A stretch of DNA of 64,000 bases from positions 207 through 64,206 of the forward strand of contig CAZALU010000001.1 of the NCBI GenBank assembly GCA_964486075.1, read 5' to 3'. How positions within the stretch are numbered: position 1 is the stretch's first letter; each line of letters opens with the position of its first letter. The position numbers and the translations under genes were made by a program. The notes under the pieces are model-generated. The model had not been told where the DNA came from, made no database searches, and saw only the letters and a program-made list of their open reading frames with translations. This DNA is from an uncultured Verrucomicrobiota bacterium. Its GTDB lineage: Bacteria > Verrucomicrobiota > Kiritimatiellia > JAAZAB01. Of the stretch, positions 10,290 through 20,089 are shown one piece after another.

Positions 10290-11137
10290 TCCGATTCGCC
10301 TCTCTCCTGTCCATTATACATGCACATTTCGCTTCCATTGCCCATCAATGCCGTACCAATGTTCTGCACTGTAAGCAAGGCGGCGTCCTCTGGATGTTCT
10401 AAAAAAGGGGCAACATCGTCAACCAATTTTCTGCAGTCGAGCGTTTCTAGCCGCTCCAGGATCAGTTGCCGCCACGCGCTGGCGTCCGGCGGTGGTGTTG
10501 CCTGCGTCTGCGTTAAGGCATTTTGGAGTAGTTCAATATTCGGAGATCGCGGCGGACGATGGCCCAGATACCAGAGTAGATCATACCAGTCTCTGCCCTT
10601 CGGATAGCGGCGCGTTAACAAGGCATGTACTTTATCCGCCATCAAAGAGGCCATGTCATAATGCTGCAAGGCCAACAGCCGATGTCGTGTAACCATACTT
10701 CGCATCAGCATAGCCCCTGCGGGCGGATGGGTGTCAATCTCCACTTTAATCGAAAGATTCTGCTGAGGCATTGCTGCTAACCCTGTATCTTTTAGAATTC
10801 CAGCAACTTTAATCCATGCTTTATGCACGGTGGTTCTGTCATTCCAACTGATGCTGACATCAAAGCCGGCTAACGTGAGGTCTGTTTTAAGCTTTTTTTG
10901 CCATTTCTCAGGCTGGTAACCATCTGCCAGATGAAGCGAGAAATCAAGATCCTCGGAAAACCGCGGCAGGGCCGCAATAAATCGCAAGGCCGCTCCCCCG
11001 ACAAAGGCAAGATTTAGGAAGGCTTGGCTTTCATGCAGAGATCGGAGCGTCAGGGACTGTAGGTATTCCCGCAGAAGATTCAGTTTTGCGGCGGGATTGG
11101 TCAACGCTTTTACCAATGATAATGCTTCATCTTTCAT
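10286..11137 (-). CDS. abiEii: Type IV TA toxin, AbiEii nucleotidyltransferase
   Basis: FVGGAALRF...RFSEDLDFS, IKVEID, KVHALLTR...KGRDWYDL motifs. Confidence 0.88.
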   Translation of the reverse strand: MKDEALSLVKALTNPAAKLNLLREYLQSLTLRSLHESQAFLNLAFVGGAALRFIAALPRFSEDLDFSLHLADGYQPEKWQKKLKTDLTLAGFDVSISWNDRTTVHKAWIKVAGILKDTGLAAMPQQNLSIKVEIDTHPPAGAMLMRSMVTRHRLLALQHYDMASLMADKVHALLTRRYPKGRDWYDLLWYLGHRPPRSPNIELLQNALTQTQATPPPDASAWRQLILERLETLDCRKLVDDVAPFLEHPEDAALLTVQNIGTALMGNGSEMCMYNGQERGESE

Positions 11138-11775
11138 AGCAGAACCGTACCTTTCTGCTCTGCCTGTGTCCTTTCAATCCAGACACCAACCGCTATCTTC
11201 AAGCGGGGTGATGTAAATCGCTCTACATAGTCCGCCAACTTATCGACATCCACGATTTCAACGTTCTGAAACCGCATTTCCACCATCCGATCACGGTGCC
11301 AAAGTCCAGACTCCAAGTGCCAAAAATCCAATAATGCTTTTTCAGGTTCGGCCATCAGTACCTCTGCATGATTCAGGATCACACGGCGGTATCCAAAAAA
11401 CGCTGTTGGTTTAACATGGCGGTAAGAAAAAACACCAAAGGGATTATCAAATGCCCTGGGGACACGTGCTGTGACAGAGGTAAAGGTAACTGTTTTCTCA
11501 GGAATCAAGCCATAAAAGCCCAGTGCCCAGTGCGTGCTAAGGTAAGAGGGCGCATAAAGCTGATTCGCCAATTGCGCGGCATTGATTTCTTTGCGCCGGT
11601 ATTGGCTGGAAAACGCATACATCCCACGTCTTAGCGGAATCAATTTGCCATTCTTGCACCAGCGATGCAATTGCCCCCCCAGTTTTCCTCCCGTATCCCC
11701 GGAAAGCTGAACGAGGCTGGCGAGGTCAAACCAACTCTGTGAGCCCACCAAACTCAATAGATCACCAAATTTCAT
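11134..11775 (-). CDS. abiEi: Type IV TA antitoxin, AbiEi family
   Basis: wHTH N-terminus (LHRWCKNGKLIPLRRGMY), PSYLSTHWALGFYGLIPE, AEPEKALLDF; ATGA overlap with the toxin. Confidence 0.85.
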   Translation of the reverse strand: MKFGDLLSLVGSQSWFDLASLVQLSGDTGGKLGGQLHRWCKNGKLIPLRRGMYAFSSQYRRKEINAAQLANQLYAPSYLSTHWALGFYGLIPEKTVTFTSVTARVPRAFDNPFGVFSYRHVKPTAFFGYRRVILNHAEVLMAEPEKALLDFWHLESGLWHRDRMVEMRFQNVEIVDVDKLADYVERFTSPRLKIAVGVWIERTQAEQKGTVLL

Positions 11776-11812
11776 TTACACAAATAATCATATTTGTTGT
11801 TTTATGTAAACA
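11776..11812 (-). promoter_or_regulatory. AT-rich inverted repeats upstream of abiEi (putative autoregulatory operator)
   Basis: ACAAATA-ATCA-TATTTGT (11780-11797), overlapped by a TTTACA...TGTAAA inverted pair; AbiEi proteins are known to autorepress at inverted repeats. Confidence 0.5.
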
Positions 11813-11830
11813 ATATTTTAGATTAGAATG

Positions 11831-12005
11831 CAGGTGACGGACGCGGTGCTCTGAGGCAAGGCGGAGGCGGCGGCTTCTCAGGAGGCAAGCGACCCCGAGC
11901 GCGAAGCGCCTCGGGATGGCTTGCCGCAACCTGGCTTCGATACTCCTGCCGCTGCGGCCTGTGTAGAGCCGCGCCCGTCGGCTGACGGACTGCGCCTCGC
12001 ACCTG
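11831..12005. repeat. ~175-bp fold-back element bounded by CAGGTG/CACCTG
   Basis: Terminal inverted hexamer, long-range stem 11836-11852 with 11965-11979, internal hairpin GCAAGC...GCTTGC at 11885-11924. Confidence 0.45.
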
Positions 12006-12021
12006 ATTTACGCCGCGGCGA

Positions 12022-12453
12022 CTAAAAAGGCCCGGCGCGGCTAGAATTGGATGGTGCTTGCCAAAGCTCTCTAAACAAAGTCCATTTCCCGTCTATGATA
12101 CAGGTGGTGAAAAAACGCCTTTGTGTCGTGTCGTTTGTAGGATTCGTTATGAAGACATGATAGTAGATGCTCTTACCTTTATTCACACGCAACTGACTTC
12201 CAGATTCAATCCCCTGATAACCTTTACAGAACTGCTGAAACCCTCCGGGATAATATGCGTCCGTCTGAATTTGCCTTATGGATTCATCACTCCAGAAGGT
12301 GGCGGCAGTCACGTAGTCATTTGAATTCACAGTCTTGAGAAATACACGAACAACATCCTCGGGGCGATGCCCTAACTGATCCAGAGGCGCCTTTTGCGAA
12401 CAACCAACAACAAAAGCCATGAAAACTAACCAATGTCGATTTGGGAGACTCAA
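12022..12453 (-). CDS. Putative lipoprotein (DUF4878/NTF2-like; possible orphan immunity protein)
   Basis: SD AGGAG 8 nt before TTG 12453, signal peptide with lipobox VVG-C, PEDVVRVFLKTVNSNDYVTAATFW; AT-rich. Confidence 0.55.
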   Translation of the reverse strand: MSLPNRHWLVFMAFVVGCSQKAPLDQLGHRPEDVVRVFLKTVNSNDYVTAATFWSDESIRQIQTDAYYPGGFQQFCKGYQGIESGSQLRVNKGKSIYYHVFITNPTNDTTQRRFFTTCIIDGKWTLFRELWQAPSNSSRAGPF

Positions 12454-12489
12454 TGAGTAATCTCCTGATATCGAGGTTTGTCCCCATTG

Positions 12490-12640
12490 CATAGGCATTG
12501 CCAACACGTAGGTCACGGAATATCCGGGGTCACCGACCCCGGCTACAGTAAAGCCGGTGGAGCGGCCGTAGCTGTCATAGTTTCTGGCGATCGTGTTGGT
12601 GAGGCCGTCGCGCGCGATAACTTCGGCTGACAGACTGGCG
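12490..12640 (-). pseudogene. RHS/YD-repeat remnant
   Basis: EVIARDGLTNTIARNYDSYGRSTGFTVAG resembles a YD repeat; no own start codon or RHS core. Confidence 0.45.
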
Positions 12641-12646
12641 CCTTGT

Positions 12647-14854
12647 TCAAGGCGCTTGCTTTTCCGCTGAGTCTGGGGCAGGCGCGGATGCTTGCGGCGG
12701 AAAAACAACTGATTGCCGCGCTGCTTTGGGCAGGTAGGCATCCAGTTTGCCGATCCACCAGCAATAGGCAAGCGCAAGCATGGCCAGCAGAACTACGTAG
12801 AGCTTCCATGGTTGTTTCTTTTCCGCAAACGGGTCGTTCAACAGGTGTTTGGCGCCTTTGGGCAGTCTTGAGAGCTGGGTTAGCGACCGACCGAAGGGCG
12901 CGTTCATTCGCGCCCTGGTGTTGATGGCCCATCCGTTCGCATCGAGAATGGGCGCCAGGTTGCGTTGGCGCAGTTTCAGCCAGGCGAGGATCATAGATGG
13001 CCCGGATATGAGCATGATCAGCCCTGCCAACCCGAGCGGCAACCACAGCCCAAGCCCGAAGAGCGATTGCAGAAAGCCTCCCACCAGCGCGCTTATGCCG
13101 CCTATGGCCGTGCCGATCAAGGCGATGGTGCCCAAGTCCAGTTTCTGGGGCGGCTTGTCAAGCTTCGTCTTGTCCGCTGTGGTGGCTTTTTTCGCGGTTT
13201 CCGACATCTTGGCCTGGCTGTCCTGCTCGGCGCTTTGTGCGCGTTTGGCCACTTGGTCTTCAATGAATCGCGCGAACTTCTTGTAGGGCATCCAAAACGC
13301 TTCACGTATGCTGATGGAATTGGCCACAATTTTTGTGATCGTGGCATCCCAGTCCTGGCCTTTGCGGTCATAAAACACACCGTTTCGGCCAACCATGAGA
13401 TTGTCTGAATCGCCATCGGTGACCACCACAACAATGGTTTTCTTCAAGCCGCCCTGGCGCGTCACATCGCAGTACGCCAGGAACGCGCCTGACAGTCCGG
13501 CCAGCATGGCGTGTTTGGAGGAGTCAGCCACTTCAATGCAGAGATCACAGGCGCGCGCGTCAAAATAGAGTGTGCCCGCCTGGAAAACCGACCAAGTTCG
13601 GCCGTAGAAGTCAGCGAAATTGACAAAGTTTGTTATCAACTCATACAAGTCCCGCTGGAAGCGCACCAATTTCTCGACTATTGCCAGGTGCGCATAGTCT
13701 TTGGCCAGGCTGAGATCCTGCTGGATCAGGCTGTTGATGGCAGTGTGTGCGGGGCCCGCGCTCAGCTCGCGCAGCCGGGCCATGCCCAGACCCTCGACTT
13801 TGGTTGCGGGCTTGGCGGCCAACAGCGCCTCGAATGGGGCCAGCCTTGCCTGCAATCCGTTCCATTCCTCTTCCGTCAGCGTTGTCCTGCCGGCGCCCAA
13901 CAACGGCGCCACAGCTTTGACCGTTAACGCCGCGATTGCGGCGGACCATGCCGGATTCACCGAGGTGTCCAATGGCAATGGCTTTGCCGGGGCGATTCGG
14001 GCCAGGGGTAAGCATGCGATTTCCTGGGCATTGATTGTCAGATCCTTGTCCGCAAGCGCCAGGTATTCCTTATCCTCGCGATTGAGCGCTGCCATTGCGC
14101 GCGCGTCAAATGCAACCAGGCGGCAGCGTGCGAAGTAGTCATCCACCTTGCCCTTCACGGCTTTGACCGCTGTCAGCGCCTCCAACGTGGCATCCAGCCC
14201 CAACGGAGTCCGCGCCTGGTCGGCATGGGCTGCATCGGCCCACTTCAGCAGGAGAGCGGTCTGCGTGAAAAATGCGTCTACAATTGTCTGGTCGATACCT
14301 TGTTTCCCGCTGCGGTCCTCAACTCCACCCATGGTTTCGAGCACGTTTTCGATGGCCTTACGGGTGGTCTCATCTCCGGCGAGTTCAACGACGACCACGC
14401 CATCGCCATTAAACTTGTTCTTTAAGAATGTCTTCGCATGGACGGAGATGTCGTCAATTGAGATTTCGGAAGCGTCGGCCTTGTCCAGGTCCGTGAGCAC
14501 GCGCTTGACCGCGGAAAGTACGGCCGCATCCTTTATGGCCGCCAACGCCACGGTCGTGCCGCTTTTCATCAGTCCGCCAAGGTCCTTGAACATGGTGTCG
14601 GCCCAGCGGATCGCCGCGATGAGTTCAGGCGGACGGATGCGGCCGTCATTGTCGGTGTCCAGCAGGCGTGCGGTCACCGGATCGAACTCCAGCCCGGTGG
14701 TGGGCACGGCCAGCGCCATCCAGAGCTTCAGGTCAAGCTGTCCAATCCGGACGAGATCGTCAGCATCGCGAAAAACCACCTGATCCACCCCGCCGACGCG
14801 GCAGAATGCCCAGTTATGTGCATGCTTTTCTTTGGTTCCAGGTATTGCTATCAT
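12647..14854 (-). CDS. Conserved hypothetical membrane protein with EF-hand-like loop
   Basis: 735 aa; DTDNDGRIRPPE EF-hand-like loop, long helical region, three predicted C-terminal TM segments. Confidence 0.75.
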   Translation of the reverse strand: MIAIPGTKEKHAHNWAFCRVGGVDQVVFRDADDLVRIGQLDLKLWMALAVPTTGLEFDPVTARLLDTDNDGRIRPPELIAAIRWADTMFKDLGGLMKSGTTVALAAIKDAAVLSAVKRVLTDLDKADASEISIDDISVHAKTFLKNKFNGDGVVVVELAGDETTRKAIENVLETMGGVEDRSGKQGIDQTIVDAFFTQTALLLKWADAAHADQARTPLGLDATLEALTAVKAVKGKVDDYFARCRLVAFDARAMAALNREDKEYLALADKDLTINAQEIACLPLARIAPAKPLPLDTSVNPAWSAAIAALTVKAVAPLLGAGRTTLTEEEWNGLQARLAPFEALLAAKPATKVEGLGMARLRELSAGPAHTAINSLIQQDLSLAKDYAHLAIVEKLVRFQRDLYELITNFVNFADFYGRTWSVFQAGTLYFDARACDLCIEVADSSKHAMLAGLSGAFLAYCDVTRQGGLKKTIVVVVTDGDSDNLMVGRNGVFYDRKGQDWDATITKIVANSISIREAFWMPYKKFARFIEDQVAKRAQSAEQDSQAKMSETAKKATTADKTKLDKPPQKLDLGTIALIGTAIGGISALVGGFLQSLFGLGLWLPLGLAGLIMLISGPSMILAWLKLRQRNLAPILDANGWAINTRARMNAPFGRSLTQLSRLPKGAKHLLNDPFAEKKQPWKLYVVLLAMLALAYCWWIGKLDAYLPKAARQSVVFPPQASAPAPDSAEKQAP

Positions 14855-14938
14855 GGGTTCACTCCCCTATTAAGCCTAAGCTCTACCTGCAGGATATATA
14901 TAATTATTTCGAGTTCAAGTTTTATTCCATCTGGACAT

Positions 14939-17842
14939 TTAGTCCGACCCGATTCCTACGGGGTCATAGCCCTCGCCGCCGAAGGTATGCGTCTGCACTG
15001 CATAGTCGCTGGCCGAGAGCATGCAACCCCACAAGCCATCGGCTTGACGATAAAGGGCGGGATCAGCCTTGCCGTCGCCGTCGAAATCGGCCGGAACCGG
15101 CGCGCAGTCCGGTCCGCCGAATCCGTTCACGAGGAGGGTGGTCGCATAATTGTCAGACGAGAGCCGGAAGCCCCAGGCGCCGTCCGCGGCCCGGTAGCAG
15201 GCAAGATCGGCCTTGCCGTCGCCGTCGTAATCCGCGGGCACCGGGATCGCCCCGACGGCTCCAAATCCGTCGAGGGTGGACACGGTATAGTCGCTTCCCG
15301 AAAGGCCAACGGACCAGATGCCGTCGGCCGCGCGATAGATGGCCGGGTCGGTCTTGCCGTCGCCATCGTAATCCGCGGACACCGGGGTCCAGCCTGGTCC
15401 GCCGAACCCGTTCACAAGGAGGGTGGTCGCATAATTGTCAGACGAGAGCCGGAAGCCCCAGGTGCCGTCCGCGGTCCGGTAGCAGGCCGGATCGGCCTTG
15501 CCATCGCCGTCGTAATCCGCGGGCACTGGGGTCGCGTCGACCGTACCGAATTCGGATAGGGTGGTTGCGGTATAGTTGTTTCCCGAGAAATAGACCGTCC
15601 ATAAGCCGTCGGCCGCGCGATAGGCGGCCGGGTCCATCTTGCCGTCGCCGTCGTAATCCTCGGCCGCCGGAATTTGATCGGGCCGACCGACGATAAGCGA
15701 ACCTGTTTGGGTATAACCGGAAGCGGAGAGGGATACGCCCCAAATGGCTTGTGCCGGATCATAGACGACCGGATCGGCCTTGCCGTCGCCGTCGTAATCT
15801 GCCGCCACGCGTCGCCAGAGCGCGCTCAAGGCATAGGCCCGGCCGCCAGCCAGGGAGCGCGTCACCGCCGCATAAACGGCGCCGGTCGGCGCAACCAGCA
15901 GGCGACCGGCGACCGGTTGAAGACCTGCCAGTAAACTGAATGCGGAATTCAGCACCCGCAGTTGCGGCAGGGGTGTTCCTGCCAGGTTGAGTTCCAGCCG
16001 CCCGCTGCCGGAGCGCGGAATGCGGTACCAGCCGATGATGTCCCCGGACAGCGCGGTATTCGTGGCGCCCGGTGCGGATAGGACCGGCAGGGTTTCGACT
16101 GGACGAAAATGATTACCCATAAATTTCAGCCGTTCCTCGCCATTAGTTACGGCAGCCTTTAGAGAGCCGCCGTCGTTGCGACCGGCGATAAACGGAAGCG
16201 CCAGATCGTCGTGCGTGGGACCGAACGCAACATCGCAGAAAAATAGGAACCCATTGGTTGCCATGAACGTCGCCGGTTTAACATCGTTTTGTGCCCATGA
16301 GAAGTTGAAGGGGTCGAGGTCGGCGGCGATCCAAGCGGTCTGTGCCCGCTGCATCCATGCCGTCGAGAGCGTCGCCGGTGAGATGCGTTCCCCCATCATC
16401 TGTGTATTCCAATAGCGGCCCTTGTTATTTTTCACCATCAGGAAGAAGTGGCCCGCGACATTGCTGAACGCGATTTGGGCATTCGTGTTGCCTACTGTCC
16501 AAAACCAGCCGTTGGCATGGGGCGTCAGGTTAGTGGCGGTAGGCGTCGGCGAGGTGAAAGGATACATATTTAGCGAGAGGGAGGCGTTCGTGGCCGTGAT
16601 CAGTATCAAACCGGCTTCGCGCGTATAATATCCGGCCAGCCGGTCCCAGGGGAGCGGCGGGTTGGTCACTGCGGGGCTGTCGGGAAACGGCGCGCTGTTG
16701 GTCGGTAGGGGCAGTCCGAATTTATCGCGCAACGCCAGCATTAAGGCGCGCTGGCCGACATTCATGGATGGGGCTCCGCCGTTGGCCAGGACAGCTACGC
16801 CGAGGCCGTGTTCCGGCATGAACTCCAGATGACTGTGAAAACAAGCACTGTCCCCGCCCTTGTAGCAGGCCCGGCCGGCGTAGGCCAGCGCGGGGTCGGC
16901 CACGTTGTCCCAGCCGAGGCCGTTCCGGGTATTGGGGTCTGAGGAGGCGATGGCCGTGTTGGTGCCCTGGAACGTCAGCATGGCCGCCAGGCTATTGGTG
17001 TCCAGGAAGCGCCGGCCGCGGAACAGGCCGTTTCCCAACAACATTTCGAGCGCCCGGCCCATGTCGTTGGCCGAGGAATAAATTCCCCCGCTGGCATGGA
17101 CATTGACGATTTCGTCCGGATAGGAGTTTGTGCCGATCATGGAACGGGCCAGCTTATCGCCGAACATATTTGCGACGGTCTGGAACGCCGTGTTCGTCAT
17201 CTCAAGGGGTTGGAACACATCGGCGGCCGCCTGGGCCACAAAGGTGGTTCCACTGAGCGCCGCCACCACGCTTTCCATCAGGGTGAAACCGTTGTTGTTA
17301 TAGGTATCCGAAAAGTTCGGAGGCCACACGGGATATTCGTCCGCCAGGCCCTCCAGCACTTCCACCCCGAAGCGCGGATCGGGGACCGTCGTCTGCGCAT
17401 AGGGGATATAGTCGCCCGGCAGGCCGCTCTGGTGGTTCATCAACAGGCGGGGTGTAATGAGTGCGGCGCCGGGGAACCGGGCCTTGAACCCGAACGTCGG
17501 CACATAGTTCGTCACCGGCGTGTCTAAATCCAATTTGCCCCGATCCACTTGGCGGAAGGCTGCCAGGGCGGTGAAAGTTTTCGAAACGCTGGCGATGCCA
17601 TAGATGGTATCCGCATTGGCCTTTCGGCCTTCGAGCGGATCGGCCAGGCCGAATCCCTCCGCCCATACTACCTGAGTGCCGTCCACCAGGACCAGCGCCA
17701 GACTCGAGGCGCCGGTTGCCTGGAGCTGGTTGGTGATATAGGGTGAAAGCTCCCGGATCGTGGCGCTGTAATCTGTGGCAGAATATGTCAGGCTTGGCGT
17801 TAGCAGGAACAGGCAACAGCCAACGAGCAGCGATTGTTTCAT
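14939..17842 (-). CDS. Secreted serine hydrolase (beta-lactamase class C/peptidase S12) with C-terminal FG-GAP-like repeats
   Basis: Signal peptide; IASVSKTFT (SxxK), RLLMNHQSGL, YNNNGF (YxN); six ADYDGDGKxDP-type repeats at the C-terminus. Confidence 0.88.
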   Translation of the reverse strand: MKQSLLVGCCLFLLTPSLTYSATDYSATIRELSPYITNQLQATGASSLALVLVDGTQVVWAEGFGLADPLEGRKANADTIYGIASVSKTFTALAAFRQVDRGKLDLDTPVTNYVPTFGFKARFPGAALITPRLLMNHQSGLPGDYIPYAQTTVPDPRFGVEVLEGLADEYPVWPPNFSDTYNNNGFTLMESVVAALSGTTFVAQAAADVFQPLEMTNTAFQTVANMFGDKLARSMIGTNSYPDEIVNVHASGGIYSSANDMGRALEMLLGNGLFRGRRFLDTNSLAAMLTFQGTNTAIASSDPNTRNGLGWDNVADPALAYAGRACYKGGDSACFHSHLEFMPEHGLGVAVLANGGAPSMNVGQRALMLALRDKFGLPLPTNSAPFPDSPAVTNPPLPWDRLAGYYTREAGLILITATNASLSLNMYPFTSPTPTATNLTPHANGWFWTVGNTNAQIAFSNVAGHFFLMVKNNKGRYWNTQMMGERISPATLSTAWMQRAQTAWIAADLDPFNFSWAQNDVKPATFMATNGFLFFCDVAFGPTHDDLALPFIAGRNDGGSLKAAVTNGEERLKFMGNHFRPVETLPVLSAPGATNTALSGDIIGWYRIPRSGSGRLELNLAGTPLPQLRVLNSAFSLLAGLQPVAGRLLVAPTGAVYAAVTRSLAGGRAYALSALWRRVAADYDGDGKADPVVYDPAQAIWGVSLSASGYTQTGSLIVGRPDQIPAAEDYDGDGKMDPAAYRAADGLWTVYFSGNNYTATTLSEFGTVDATPVPADYDGDGKADPACYRTADGTWGFRLSSDNYATTLLVNGFGGPGWTPVSADYDGDGKTDPAIYRAADGIWSVGLSGSDYTVSTLDGFGAVGAIPVPADYDGDGKADLACYRAADGAWGFRLSSDNYATTLLVNGFGGPDCAPVPADFDGDGKADPALYRQADGLWGCMLSASDYAVQTHTFGGEGYDPVGIGSD
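15124..15530 (-). repeat. Intragenic ~285-bp-period duplication within the FG-GAP-like region
   Basis: CGTTCAC(G/A)AGGAGGGTGGTCGCATAATTGTCAGACGAGAGCCGGAAGCCCC at 15124 and 15409. Confidence 0.85.
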
Positions 17843-17932
17843 AAGACTCCTTCAGGGTGTTGTGCTACCAGAACAAAACAGTTGATGTTCGTGTAAAGAC
17901 GCCGTGATGCCGATGTGCAAGCAAGGAACAAC

Positions 17933-17967
17933 GGGTCTTCCGCAGAATCTGTGGGTAGAAATACCAG
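17933..17967 (+). repeat. IS-end-like 35-bp repeat, copy 2
   Basis: Same GGGTCTTCCGCAGAATCTGTG as 10143; 330 bp upstream of the ISAs1 transposase. Confidence 0.7.
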
Positions 17968-18261
17968 ATAAAGGGACGCGGTCAAAGTTTTTTAAGGGCC
18001 TTTTTTTACATTGGGATTGCGGGTGCTATAGCTGGAGAGCCAACGCAAAGGGCGGAGTTTCCGCCGGATCTGCCTTCCATGAACCAGCAGCCGCACCTCG
18101 ACTCCGACGAGCTTGTCAAAGCCCATTCTCGTCGAGTCGCGTCTATTGATAACTCCTTCAGGGGACAGGACTGTGTTACACTGCATGACAAGATAGAGTG
18201 AATCAAGAAGATAGAAAATAAAACTGGACAAGTCGGAGCCCGGATGCTATGACTTACCGGT

Positions 18262-20089
18262 ATGAAAACAAACAGCTGGAAGCAATATGCGGACGCCGAC
18301 GAGTTGCGGCGAGTAACGGTTCGATTAATCCGGGACGATGAAAAAGCGGCCTGGGATCGACTGATCATAGAATGCCATTATCTTCACAATGCCTGTCTGG
18401 TAGGCCGGCAGTTGCGTTATGTGGCGGAGTTGGATGGGGCATGGATTGCGCTGATCGGCTGGTCAACGCCGGCGTATCATCTGAAAGGACGTGAGCAGTG
18501 GATTGGCTGGAGTGTTGAGCAACGGCTGAAGCGGCGGAAGTTTGTGGCGCAGAACAGCCGGTATCTACTGCTGGTGGAACGCGGACAGCATCCGAATCTG
18601 GCCAGCCGGGTATTGAGTTTATGCATTCGGCGGCTGGGGCAGGACTGGCAGGCGGCCTTCGGGTATCCCGTGCTGGCGGTTGAGAGTTTTGTCGACCCAC
18701 AGTTTTTTTCCGGCCATTGTTACCGAGCGGCAGGCTGGGCAGCGGCCGGAGCTACGCAAGGTTGTCGGCGGCATCATCGTGATTTTTACCATGATGATGG
18801 GACGCCGAAAGAGTTATGGCTGCGGGCGTTGCACTCGAAAGCACGGCGATGGCTGAAAGCGGAAAATATGCCTGAGCGTTATGCGCGGCACGAAGACGAG
18901 GCGCAATATTGTTCGTATAAGGCCGGAGATTTTAGCTCGCTTTGGGAACATTACGTAAAAGTAAGCGATCCGCGCCGGGCCAACGGGCGGCTTTACCATT
19001 TGGCCAGCGTGTTGGCGATTTGCACGTTGGCGGTGCTGTGCGGATGCCGTGGCACCCGGGCTATAGCGGATTTTGCGGAGCATTTGAACCAGCCGCAACG
19101 CAGGTTGTTGCGCTGTTATCGGAACCGCAAGACCCAAAGGTATGACGCGCCGAGCGAGCCTACGATCCGGCGGATACTGAAAGCGGTTTCAGCCGAGGAG
19201 TTTGACCGGGAAGTCATGGCTTGGCAAGCGGAACACGACCCGCAGGCGTTGCGGCGATTGGCCGTGGACGGCAAGACGGTCAAGCAGGCACGCGCGGCGA
19301 ATGGGCGCGCCTTGCATTTGGTGGCGGCCATATCGCCGGATTCGGGGCGGTTGTGCGCCCAACGGCCGGTTGACGAGAAGTCAAACGAGATCACGGCGTT
19401 GCGTCCGATGCTCGCTCCGCTGGCGCTGGATGGGGTTGTGGTTACGGCGGACGCAATGCATGCCCAGCAAAAGGCGGCGCATTGCGTGGTTCATGAGAAG
19501 GGGGGTGATTATCTCTTCACCCTCAAGGGCAATCAGCCGGCGGTGCAAGAGAAAGCCGCAGCGCTGCTCAGCAGCGCTTTTCCCCCCTCGGGTTCCGCCG
19601 CAGGCGCAGACAGTCGAGAAAGCGCACGGGCGAGTGGAAACGCGCAAGCTCTGGGCGCTGGGCGTGGCAGCTGAAGAAGCGATGTTCACTGCCGCAGAGC
19701 AGGTCATCCGGATCGAACGGACATTCGATCATGTCCGCACCGGCCGTCATAGCCACGAGACCATCTATGCCATCAGTTCGCTCACGCCCCAGGCCGATCC
19801 CACCTCGAATGCCATCTCGCTGCTCGAAATCGTCAGGGGCCATTGGAGCATCGAAAGTAATCATTATGTGCGCGATCGCACCTACGACGAAGACCGCTGC
19901 CAGGTCCGCGAGCCCAACAGCGCAAGAATTTTGGCCAGCTTGCGCTCAACCGCGTTCTTCCTGGCGAAGCAAAACGCGCATCATCCGCGCAACGCCCACC
20001 AGGCCACTACGCCCGGCATGAACCGTTTTTGCGACGCTCATCGGCATAAGACAATTGGCTGGATCATGAAACCGAAGGGTTTTCGTTAG
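18262..20089 (+). CDS. ISAs1 family transposase with N-terminal DUF4338 domain, -1 frameshift at 19578-19587
   Basis: ORF1 18262-19674: DUF4338 (VGRQLRYVAE...NSRYLLL...NLASRVLS), DPR, LAVDGKT, DEKSNEIT, VTADAMHAQ, LKGNQP. ORF2 continues in the -1 frame with EKAHGRVETR, RGHWSIES-HYVRD-TYDED. Confidence 0.85.

Noticed and set aside
14668-15762. Long Arg-rich and repeat ORFs on alternative frames (14668-15696, 14816-15559, 15412-15762)
   Set aside because: Shadow frames of the GC-rich DYDGDGK repeats of the serine hydrolase
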